Below, in pieces: positions 1 through 7,411 of a stretch of 16,432 bases of DNA. The translations under genes and the position numbers were made by a program. The stretch is taken from positions 4,609 through 21,040 of the forward strand of contig CAYWGS010000019.1 of assembly GCA_964457525.1 (NCBI GenBank), given 5' to 3'. Numbering within the stretch: the stretch's first letter is position 1; the number at the start of each line of letters is the position of its first letter. The notes under the pieces are model-generated. The model made no database searches and was not told the DNA's origin. It saw nothing but the letters and a program-made list of their open reading frames with translations. The stretch comes from an uncultured Erysipelotrichaceae bacterium (GTDB taxonomy: Bacteria; Bacillota_I; Bacilli_A; Erysipelotrichales; Erysipelotrichaceae).

Positions 1-783
1 AATGAATTCCATAATATGGATGATTCAAATATAGAGACGTATATTACACCAAAGACTAAAGCAATCCTTGTCACACATCTTTATGGTCAAGCGACTAAGA
101 TGGATAAGATTCTAGAAGTCTGTGAGAAGTACAATCTTAAACTCATTGAAGATTGTGCACAATCACATGGATCCATGTATAACAAACAAATGACGGGCTC
201 CATTGGATATGTGGGATGCTTTAGTTTCTATCCATCTAAGAATTTAGGCTGTTTCGGTGATGGTGGAGCGATTGTGACCAATGATGAACAATTCGCGGAA
301 AAAGTTAAAACCTATCGTAATTATGGTTCGCAAAAAAGATATTACAATGAAACGATTGGGACGAACTCTCGTTTAGATGAATTACAAGCTGCACTATTAC
401 GAGTTAAATTGAAACATATCAATGAATTAACTCAAGAACGTGAACAACTTGCACAAAGATTACTCAATGAAGTAAAGAATCCATTAATCGAATTACCAAA
501 AGTAGATCAAGATTGTACACATGTTTGGCATTTGTTTGTCATTCAAACCGACCTTCGTGAAACGTTTATGGATTATTTGAGTAAACATGAAATTCAAAGT
601 TTAATTCATTATCCTATCCCTCCACATCTTCAAGAAGCATACTCTGATTTAGGGTATAAAGTGGGTGATTTCCCAGTAAGTGAACGCTTAGCAGAACGAG
701 TTTTAACGATTCCGTTGTATAATGGAATGACAAAAGAAGAGATGGATTATCTAATCCAAACAATTAATCAATTCAAAGGATAA
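1..783 (+). CDS. DegT/DnrJ/EryC1/StrS-family PLP-dependent nucleotide-sugar aminotransferase (FdtB/QdtB-like); the 5' end lies upstream of the window
   Basis: The frame is open from nt 1 (NEFHN precedes the first Met at 16), so the gene starts outside the window. It carries the family PLP-lysine motif SFYPSKNLGCFGDGGAIVTND, plus NSRLDELQAALL, HLFVI and HYPIPPHLQEAY. TAA stop at 781-783. Confidence 0.9.
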   Translation, partial: NEFHNMDDSNIETYITPKTKAILVTHLYGQATKMDKILEVCEKYNLKLIEDCAQSHGSMYNKQMTGSIGYVGCFSFYPSKNLGCFGDGGAIVTNDEQFAEKVKTYRNYGSQKRYYNETIGTNSRLDELQAALLRVKLKHINELTQEREQLAQRLLNEVKNPLIELPKVDQDCTHVWHLFVIQTDLRETFMDYLSKHEIQSLIHYPIPPHLQEAYSDLGYKVGDFPVSERLAERVLTIPLYNGMTKEEMDYLIQTINQFKG

Positions 784-784
784 A

Positions 785-1294
785 ATGAAACTTCGTAAAC
801 TGAATGTTAAAGATATTCCAGGAATGATGGAATGGATGCAAGATGTGGATATTAGCCGACATTTTAGAGCGGATTTTTCACATTACACGGAAGATAAAAT
901 CAAACATTTTATTGATCAAGCTCAAGATTTTACATCCCATCGTCATTATGCGATTGTGGATGATCACGATGAGTACTTAGGAACAATCAGTTTGAAAGAA
1001 ATTGATTCAATTAATATGAAGGCAGAATATGCGATTGTTTTACGTCGTAAAGTGATTGGGACTTCGATTGCGAGTGAAGCGACACATCAAATATTAAACA
1101 TCGCATTTAATGAATTGATGCTTAATAAAGTGTATCTTAATGTTTTATCAATAAATAAACGAGCGAATCGATTTTATCAAAAATTTGGTTTTATTTTTGA
1201 AGGAACTTTTAGACAAGATATCAAGATTGAAAATGAATTTTATGATCTAAACTGGTATAGTATATTAAAGGAGTCTTATGAATCAATGGATTAA
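785..1294 (+). CDS. GNAT-family (RimL/Acetyltransf_3-like) N-acetyltransferase; by context the N-acetyltransferase for the amino sugar
   Basis: 169 aa. ATG is 1 nt after the upstream TAA, with AAAGGA at 776-781. It shows the typical RimL-type layout: LRKLNVKDIPGMMEWMQD at the N-terminus, the acetyl-CoA region RRKVIGTSIASEA, and NKRANRFYQKFGFIFEG near the C-terminus. Confidence 0.8.
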   Translation: MKLRKLNVKDIPGMMEWMQDVDISRHFRADFSHYTEDKIKHFIDQAQDFTSHRHYAIVDDHDEYLGTISLKEIDSINMKAEYAIVLRRKVIGTSIASEATHQILNIAFNELMLNKVYLNVLSINKRANRFYQKFGFIFEGTFRQDIKIENEFYDLNWYSILKESYESMD

Positions 1295-1676
1295 TTTAAA
1301 AGAATTTGGTGATCAAAGAGGGAAGTTAGTATCCATTGAAAACAATCATCTTCCATTTAAAATGGAACGACTTTTTTACATTTATGATACAGATAATAGT
1401 GCTATTCGTGGTAATCATGCCAATCGGAATAGTTCTTTTGTGTTTGTATGCATTACCGGTGCGTGTGATGTATTAATAGATGATGGAGTAAGTCGAGTAA
1501 CTTATCATTTAGATTCTCCGGATAAAGCACTTTATTGTCCAAAGGGATCTTGGAAAGAAATGTTTAACTTTAAACAAGGGACGGTATTATTAGTGGTTTC
1601 TAATCAACCATTTGATAATTCTGAATATATTAGAGATTACACAGAATTTAAGGAGTATTGTAAGAACCATGGCTAA
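1278..1676 (+). CDS. WxcM/FdtA/QdtA-like cupin, probable dTDP-4-keto-6-deoxyhexose 3,4-ketoisomerase
   Basis: 132 aa, the typical size. AAGGAG at 1268-1273; the start overlaps the upstream gene by 17 nt. Motifs GDQRGKLVSIE, RLFYIYD and RGNHANR...VCITGACDVLIDDG align with the FdtA block RGFHAHK...VCLNGSCRVILDDG as I recall it. Confidence 0.8.
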   Translation: MNQWINLKEFGDQRGKLVSIENNHLPFKMERLFYIYDTDNSAIRGNHANRNSSFVFVCITGACDVLIDDGVSRVTYHLDSPDKALYCPKGSWKEMFNFKQGTVLLVVSNQPFDNSEYIRDYTEFKEYCKNHG

Positions 1677-2610
1677 ACTATCGATTATTATCCCTGTTTA
1701 TTTTAATGAGATAAATCTACATGACTTATACGATGATTTGAAATCAAAGGTTTTGTGTAAGTTAGATGCGTATGAATTGGTGTTTGTGGATGATGGTTCA
1801 CAAGATTCTTCGTATACAATTTTAAAAGAAATCCAAGCAATGGATCCCAATGTAATGTTGGTTAAACTATCCCGTAATTTTGGGTCACATTCTGCGATAT
1901 TAGCTGGATTGATCCATTCAACGGGTGATTGTGCAGCGATGAAGGCAGCGGATTTACAAGAACCTTCTACGATGATACTTGAGATGTATGAGAAGTGGTT
2001 AGCAGGGAATAATGTCGTATTAGCGATTCGTAAAGATCGTCAAGAACCTTGGGTTCAGAAAACGATCTCTAATTTATATTATAAAGTGATGCGTAAAATA
2101 GCATTAAGTTCAATGCCAGATGGTGGATTTGATTGTTTCCTAATTGACCGAAAAGTCATTAAAGTCTTAGAACTCATGGATGAAAAGAATTCAACCTTAA
2201 TGGGTCAGATTTTATGGGCTGGATTTAAAACAGATAAGATTTATTATACCCGTTTACAACGTGAAAAGGGTAAGAGTCGTTGGACACTATCGAAAAAGAT
2301 TAAACTCTTTGTGGATAGTATCTTAGCATTTAGTTATTTTCCGATTCGATTCATTTCTACAATGGGTATCTTAACGTTCTTCGGAACGATTATTTGGTTA
2401 CTCTATATTTTATACGCAAAGTTTTTTATTGGGATTGAAGTTGAAGGTTGGACAACCTTAATGATAACGAATTTATTTTTCTATGGACTAATCCTATTAA
2501 CTTTAGGCATTATTGGAGAATATCTCTGGAGAGCATTTGATGCGGCTCGTCAAAGACCATCTTATATCGTAGAAGAACTAATTGAACCAAAAGGAGCTAA
2601 ACATGAGTAA
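1669..2610 (+). CDS. Membrane-anchored GT2 polyprenyl-phosphate glycosyltransferase (ArnC/GtrB/CsbB/GacI/DPM1-like)
   Basis: The preferred start is ATG 1669 (MAKLSIIIPVYFNE, AGGAG at 1651-1655). The track's ATG 1612 lies inside the upstream gene. The start overlaps the upstream stop as ATGGCTAA. GT2 motifs are VFVDDGSQD and AADLQEP. Two C-terminal TM helices (FISTMGILTFFGTIIWLLYILYA and LMITNLFFYGLILLTLGIIGEYLW) are the hallmark of the lipid-phosphate-sugar synthase subgroup. Confidence 0.8.
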   Translation: MAKLSIIIPVYFNEINLHDLYDDLKSKVLCKLDAYELVFVDDGSQDSSYTILKEIQAMDPNVMLVKLSRNFGSHSAILAGLIHSTGDCAAMKAADLQEPSTMILEMYEKWLAGNNVVLAIRKDRQEPWVQKTISNLYYKVMRKIALSSMPDGGFDCFLIDRKVIKVLELMDEKNSTLMGQILWAGFKTDKIYYTRLQREKGKSRWTLSKKIKLFVDSILAFSYFPIRFISTMGILTFFGTIIWLLYILYAKFFIGIEVEGWTTLMITNLFFYGLILLTLGIIGEYLWRAFDAARQRPSYIVEELIEPKGAKHE

Positions 2611-3766
2611 GTATGATGTGATTGTGGTGGGTTGTGGATACGCTGGTGCCGTGAGTGCAGAGCGTTTTGCGTCCATTGGTAAATCCGTATTAGTGATTGA
2701 TAAGCGAAAAGAAATCGCAGGGAATATGTTTGATTATAAGGATGAAAATGGGGTTAATGTACATAAGTATGGGCCACATATTTTCCATACCAATCGTTTA
2801 GAGGTTGTGGAATATTTATCCAAGTTTACTGAATGGTATCCTTATGAACATCGTGTGTTAGGTTATGTGGATGGTCAATTTGTACCTGTTCCGTTTAATC
2901 TTAAATCCATTGAAATGTGTTTTGATGAAACAACTGCGAATGAAATGAAAAAAGTACTCATCGAAACCTATGGCATGGAAAAGAAAGTTACCATTCTTGA
3001 ATTAAAGAAACATGAGAATGAAGTACTTAAGAAATTAGCTGACTTTGTTTACGATAAAGTATTCAAAGACTATACGATGAAACAATGGGGCTTAACCGTT
3101 GATGAGTTAGATCCAATGGTAACGAATCGTGTTCCAGTTCATGTATCGTATGATGATCGTTATTTCCAAGATAAGTACCAACAGATGCCTAAAGAAGGTT
3201 ATACCAAAATATTTGAAAAGATGTTAAATCATCCAAATATCGAAGTGCGTTTAAATACAGAGGCAAGTTCTTTACTTAAGATTGATGTGGATTCAAAGAC
3301 CATTCATTTTAATGGAGAACCATTTACTGGGAAATTAATCTATACCGGTGCGATTGATGAGCTCTTAGATTATCGTTTTGGGGCTTTACCATATCGTTCA
3401 TTAGACTTCGATTTACAATCGCATAAAGGTGTTTATCAAGCCGTAGGAACAGTAAACTATCCAACTCCAAAAGACCAACATGGTTTCACTCGTATCACTG
3501 AGTATAAACACATGATGGAAAAACTTCCTGAGAATACGAGTATTGCGGTTGAATATTCGCTTCCATATGATCGAAGTGCTGAAAAGGGTAATATTCCGTA
3601 TTATCCAATCTTTACCGAAGACAACCAAAAACAATACCAACTCTATGTTAAGGCATGTGAAGGCTTACCTAATTTCTATCTTTTAGGTCGTTTAGCTGAA
3701 TATCAATATTACAATATGGATGCGATTGTATATCGTAGTCTTCAACTTTTCGATAAGATTAAGTAG
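2603..3766 (+). CDS. glf: UDP-galactopyranose mutase
   Basis: Start ATG 2603 (AAGGAG at 2591-2596, 6-nt spacer). The track start at 2582 is a TTG. The 8-nt overlap ATGAGTAA spans the upstream stop. FAD fold DVIVVGCGYAGAVSAERF, signature HKYGPHIFHTN, and C-terminal LLGRLAEYQYYNMD. TAG stop. Confidence 0.93.
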   Translation: MSKYDVIVVGCGYAGAVSAERFASIGKSVLVIDKRKEIAGNMFDYKDENGVNVHKYGPHIFHTNRLEVVEYLSKFTEWYPYEHRVLGYVDGQFVPVPFNLKSIEMCFDETTANEMKKVLIETYGMEKKVTILELKKHENEVLKKLADFVYDKVFKDYTMKQWGLTVDELDPMVTNRVPVHVSYDDRYFQDKYQQMPKEGYTKIFEKMLNHPNIEVRLNTEASSLLKIDVDSKTIHFNGEPFTGKLIYTGAIDELLDYRFGALPYRSLDFDLQSHKGVYQAVGTVNYPTPKDQHGFTRITEYKHMMEKLPENTSIAVEYSLPYDRSAEKGNIPYYPIFTEDNQKQYQLYVKACEGLPNFYLLGRLAEYQYYNMDAIVYRSLQLFDKIK

Positions 3767-3780
3767 TCATTTTATCGATA

Positions 3781-3789
3781 TGGTATAAT
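3781..3789 (+). promoter_or_regulatory. Possible extended -10 box TGGTATAAT upstream of the flippase gene
   Basis: Perfect TGnTATAAT. There is no -35 match at the 17-nt spacing (AAGTAG), and the box ends only 11 nt before ATG 3801. A transcript from here would have a leader of only a few nt that cuts into the AAAGGA RBS. Confidence 0.3.
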
Positions 3790-3800
3790 TCAAAGGACCT

Positions 3801-5249
3801 ATGAAACGAAATCTATTTAAAAACTATGTTTTTTATATACTCTATCAAGTATTTACCTTATTAATTCCTTTTATTGTCGTACCGTACACAACACGTACCA
3901 TTGGGGCAGAAGGATTAGGGGTTAATGCCTTTACCAGTTCCATTGTTCAATGGTTCGTTATTTTTGGGTATATGGGCATCTCAATGTATGGGAATAAAGA
4001 GATTGCACGTGTAAGAGATAATAAGGAGCAGTTGTCTAATACCTTTATGGGAATACTAAACATGCAAGTTGGGAATATGTTACTTGTGATTGTTTTATAT
4101 TTCTTGATTATTACATTCGCACCACTCAAAGATAAGAATATCTTCTTAATTCAAGGGGTATCCTTGTTTGCGACTGTGTTTGATATTACTTGGTTCTTCT
4201 TAGGGGTTGAGGACTTTAAAAAATCATCTTTAAGAAGTATTATTTTCAGACTAATCAATGTCATTCTAATCTTTGCATTCGTAAAATCACCAGCTGATTT
4301 ACACATCTTTGTTTGGATCAATGTTATTACTGCCGTATTTGCACAATTGGTACTATTCTTCCAATTAAAAGAGTATGTGAGTTTTAAGCGAGTTTCTTTT
4401 ATTGAATCCTATAAACAACACATGCGTCCAAATTTTGTGTTATTTATCCCTCAAATTGCGATAAGTATTTACAGTGTTCTTGATCAAACGATGACTGGTT
4501 TACTATCGGATAAAACACAATTAGCCTTTTACCAACAAGCCATTCGTTTTGATAAGATGTTTCTATATTTTATTACATCAATTGGAATGGTTATGTTGCC
4601 GAGAATTGCCAATGAACATGCGAAGGGCGATGAGTCTAAGATCAATGAGTACTTAAATGTTACCTTAAAATTAGCCGTCTATTTATCCATCCCAATGATG
4701 TTTGGGATGATTGGGGTTGGGCCTTTCTTTATTGATTGGTTTATGGCACCTGAGTTTAAAATAGTTGGTTTCTTAATCGCGATGATGAGTCCAATCATCT
4801 TGTTCATTGCCTTATCCAATGTATTTGGGACACAATATCTTGTCCCAACGAATCGATTAAAAGAATACAGTAAGAGTGTCATTGTAGGGGCTGTAATGAA
4901 TTTTATCTTTAACCTATTACTTATTCCATCACTTGGTGCAATCGGAGCCGGTATAAGTGTTATGATTGCGGAACTGAGTGTTACACTGGTTCAATATCTT
5001 TACATTCGTAAATCCATTCAATTTGGGGTTGAATTCAAAAGTATCATTATTTACTTTATCTCTGCAGTAATTATGTGTGCTGTTGTATATGGTATTGGTC
5101 TCAGTATGGGTCCAAGAATTCTAACCAATTTATTACAAATCTTTGCTGGAGTTAGTGTGTACATGATTCTATTAACTCTACTTAAAGAACCATTTCATAT
5201 TAAGATGTTAGACCAAGTTTTAAGACTGGTTAAAATAAAAAAAGCGTGA
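3801..5249 (+). CDS. wzx: Wzx-type (MOP superfamily) polysaccharide/lipid-linked sugar flippase
   Basis: 482 aa, hydrophobic throughout (about 12-14 predicted TM segments by eye). The N-terminus is typical of the Polysacc_synt family (VPYTTRTIGAEGLGVNAF). TGA stop at 5247-5249, followed 8 nt later by the next start. Confidence 0.85.
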   Translation: MKRNLFKNYVFYILYQVFTLLIPFIVVPYTTRTIGAEGLGVNAFTSSIVQWFVIFGYMGISMYGNKEIARVRDNKEQLSNTFMGILNMQVGNMLLVIVLYFLIITFAPLKDKNIFLIQGVSLFATVFDITWFFLGVEDFKKSSLRSIIFRLINVILIFAFVKSPADLHIFVWINVITAVFAQLVLFFQLKEYVSFKRVSFIESYKQHMRPNFVLFIPQIAISIYSVLDQTMTGLLSDKTQLAFYQQAIRFDKMFLYFITSIGMVMLPRIANEHAKGDESKINEYLNVTLKLAVYLSIPMMFGMIGVGPFFIDWFMAPEFKIVGFLIAMMSPIILFIALSNVFGTQYLVPTNRLKEYSKSVIVGAVMNFIFNLLLIPSLGAIGAGISVMIAELSVTLVQYLYIRKSIQFGVEFKSIIIYFISAVIMCAVVYGIGLSMGPRILTNLLQIFAGVSVYMILLTLLKEPFHIKMLDQVLRLVKIKKA

Positions 5250-5256
5250 GGTAATT

Positions 5257-6327
5257 ATGGCTAAAGTAAGTATTATTGTCCCAACCTACAATGTCGAACA
5301 ATACATTCGTAAGTGTTTAGATAGTTTGGTTAATCAAACATCAAAGGATTTCGTAGCGTATATTATCAATGATGGTTCTCCTGCGAATGAATATGCGATT
5401 GCGAATGAATATGCAGAAAAATATGATTTCATCAAATCCATTAAGAAAGAGAATGGAGGTTATGGATCTGTTTTAAATTATGCGTTTGAAATGATTGATA
5501 CACCTTATGCACTCATCTGTGACCCAGATGATTATTTAGTAGACCATGCGATTGAGCATTTACTAAACTTAATGGAAAAAAGTCACGCGGATATGGTTGT
5601 AGCATCTAAGAACTTAATCTATTCCGATAACAGTGAAGTTGTCTATGATTGTTCATACAACAACAAAATGGTCACTCTAAAGGACAAGAAAGTTTATACA
5701 CGTGATGCAAATGATTTTAGTGATTTATACTTCCTCGATCCTTCTCCTCATTCAAAACTCTATAAGACAGAACTTGCGAAGAAAGTAAAATTTCCTTTGA
5801 AGGTGAGTTTTACGGATAATCTATTATTCTTCATTTGTTTGAACCAATCACAATCCGTTGTGTATTCAAATGAAGCAATTGCCTATTACCTCATTAATCG
5901 TGAAGGGAATACATCAACGGATGTTAAGCCTCAAGTGATTGATTATTGGTTGAAAGTTCAAACAGAAATCTTAAATCAATCTAAAGAAATAAATAATATT
6001 TCAGATATTTTCTATTACCGTATGTTTGAAACCTTTAAGTTTGTGTTTAATATGATTGATCGTGTTCATGCGGATAAAACAGTGCTTAAAGAAAAATTAA
6101 GTTCAACTTATTCGATTTTTGAACCTCTACAAGCCCATAAAGATGTGATTGAAGCGTACTATACTAAAATGGCCACAACTTCCGGTCGTGAACGTTCCAA
6201 TGATCTTAAATTAATCAAATCAGATAATCAATCATTCTTCAATGTATTGGTTAATCGTAAACTAAATCGTTTAGTCTATGGCAATGGTTTAAAAGCTAAA
6301 ATAATGAATCTATTCAGTGGGGGTTAA
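5257..6327 (+). CDS. GT2-family glycosyltransferase with C-terminal extension
   Basis: 356 aa. GAGG at 5248-5251. Motifs VSIIVPTYNVEQYIRKCLDSLVNQT, INDGS and CDPDD (DXD). Confidence 0.85.
   Translation: MAKVSIIVPTYNVEQYIRKCLDSLVNQTSKDFVAYIINDGSPANEYAIANEYAEKYDFIKSIKKENGGYGSVLNYAFEMIDTPYALICDPDDYLVDHAIEHLLNLMEKSHADMVVASKNLIYSDNSEVVYDCSYNNKMVTLKDKKVYTRDANDFSDLYFLDPSPHSKLYKTELAKKVKFPLKVSFTDNLLFFICLNQSQSVVYSNEAIAYYLINREGNTSTDVKPQVIDYWLKVQTEILNQSKEINNISDIFYYRMFETFKFVFNMIDRVHADKTVLKEKLSSTYSIFEPLQAHKDVIEAYYTKMATTSGRERSNDLKLIKSDNQSFFNVLVNRKLNRLVYGNGLKAKIMNLFSGG
5383..5418. repeat. In-frame 18-bp tandem direct repeat inside the GT2 gene
   Basis: GCGAATGAATATGCGATT is followed by GCGAATGAATATGCAGAA. 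The first 14 nt are identical. Encodes ANEYAI-ANEYAE. Confidence 0.9.
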
Positions 6328-6328
6328 G

Positions 6329-7315
6329 ATGTCTCTTTCCGTTAGTGTTATCGTACCAGTCTACAATGTTGAAAAGTACTTAGATCAATGTCTAAGTTCT
6401 TTAGTCAATCAAACATTAGAATCCATTGAAATTATTGTGGTAAATGATGGTACACAAGACAATAGTCAAAGCATTATTGATCAATATGTTAAACAATATC
6501 CAAATAAAGTCATATCTTTAATTAAAGAGAATGGTGGATTGGGTGATGCACGTAACTATGGAATTCCCTATGCGAAAGGGGAATACATTGGTTTTGTGGA
6601 TAGTGATGATGTTGTTCATTTACAAATGTATGAAAAGATGTTTAATCAGGCAAAAGCAGAGAATTCTGATTTAGTCTTATGTGACCTAGAGTATTTTTAT
6701 GAACATTCCAGTGAGAAGATGGTTAAACAAGGACTTGTACAATTCGATAATGTCGATATTTCGAAGTCTGTATTTCTATCGCCATTATTTGCTTGGAATA
6801 AACTTTATCGTCGCTCACTTTTTATTGAGTCTAAATTAAACTATCCCATTCGTTTATGGTATGAAGATATTCCTGTTACAGTGCCTTTCTTTACTTTGGC
6901 AAAGAAAATCAGTTATGTGAATGAAACACTGATTTATTATCGCCAGAGATCCACTTCAATCATGGGTTCTGTGGATAATCCGAAGGTGAATGATATCTTT
7001 GAAATCATGGATTTATGTCTAAACTATTTTAGAGATCATCAGCTTCTTGATTCTTATTATGATGAATTAGAATTTTTATATATCGAACATTTAATGTTAA
7101 ATGGTGGATTTAGATTCTTATTATCCCATAAATATACCGATTACTTAGCCTTTTCGATTGATACCTTGAATCGAAACTTCCCAGAGTGGAGACATAATAA
7201 GTACTTGTTTACACTGCCTAAGCGTTATCAGATTTATATAAAATATATGCAAAAGTTGATGATTTATACTTTTTCTGTTTACTTAAAGCTCAAAGCGAAA
7301 CGCAAACCTCATTGA
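6329..7315 (+). CDS. GT2-family glycosyltransferase (paralogue of 15147-16130)
   Basis: The preferred start is ATG 6329, 1 nt after the upstream TAA, with GGGGG at 6319-6323. The track start at 6317 is a GTG inside the upstream gene. Motifs VIVPVYNVEKYLDQCLSSLVNQT, VNDGTQD, GFVDSDD and WYED. TGA stop at 7313-7315. Confidence 0.85.
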   Translation: MSLSVSVIVPVYNVEKYLDQCLSSLVNQTLESIEIIVVNDGTQDNSQSIIDQYVKQYPNKVISLIKENGGLGDARNYGIPYAKGEYIGFVDSDDVVHLQMYEKMFNQAKAENSDLVLCDLEYFYEHSSEKMVKQGLVQFDNVDISKSVFLSPLFAWNKLYRRSLFIESKLNYPIRLWYEDIPVTVPFFTLAKKISYVNETLIYYRQRSTSIMGSVDNPKVNDIFEIMDLCLNYFRDHQLLDSYYDELEFLYIEHLMLNGGFRFLLSHKYTDYLAFSIDTLNRNFPEWRHNKYLFTLPKRYQIYIKYMQKLMIYTFSVYLKLKAKRKPH

Positions 7316-7343
7316 GTTTTTTTATTTCTTAATTTTGGCTTAA

Positions 7344-7372
7344 TTGAAACATGATAGGGTGTTTGGTATACT
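7344..7372 (+). promoter_or_regulatory. Sigma-A-type promoter: TTGAAA, 17-nt spacer, TG-n-TATACT
   Basis: -35 TTGAAA at 7344-7349 (5/6 match to TTGACA). The spacer is exactly 17 nt. Extended TG at 7364-7365 and -10 TATACT at 7367-7372. It lies in the 96-nt gap after the GT2 stop, about 40 nt upstream of ATG 7412. Confidence 0.6.
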
Positions 7373-7411
7373 ATTAACGTTAAACATCATAAGAAGGGTT
7401 GATTCAATCAT

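Noticed and set aside
1612-1668. N-terminal extensions suggested by the ORF track (ATG 1612, TTG 2582, GTG 6317)
   Set aside because: Each extension lies inside the preceding gene and lacks an RBS. The downstream ATGs at 1669, 2603 and 6329 have Shine-Dalgarno sequences and give canonical family N-termini (MAKLSIIIPVY, MSKYDVIVVGCG, MSLSVSVIVPVYN).
1945-1953. The membrane GT2 reads AAD-LQEP where GtrB/ArnC-type enzymes usually read DAD-LQxPP, so the first Asp of the DXD is Ala
   Set aside because: The metal-binding last Asp and the LQxP context are retained. Without an alignment I cannot tell whether A-A-D is a common subfamily variant. It is not strong enough to call the enzyme inactive or unusual.
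3413-4882. Short minus-strand ORFs 3413-3640, 3947-4129 and 4679-4882
   Set aside because: All are embedded antisense in glf or wzx, which have strong family signatures. They have no translation signals or recognisable domains.
7304-7323. Mini-hairpin plus T7 run after the GT2 stop as a terminator
   Set aside because: The stem is only CTC/GAG with a 3-nt loop, extended by three A:T pairs across a bulged C. That is too weak to call, although the T-run followed by a strong promoter is compatible with a partial operon boundary.
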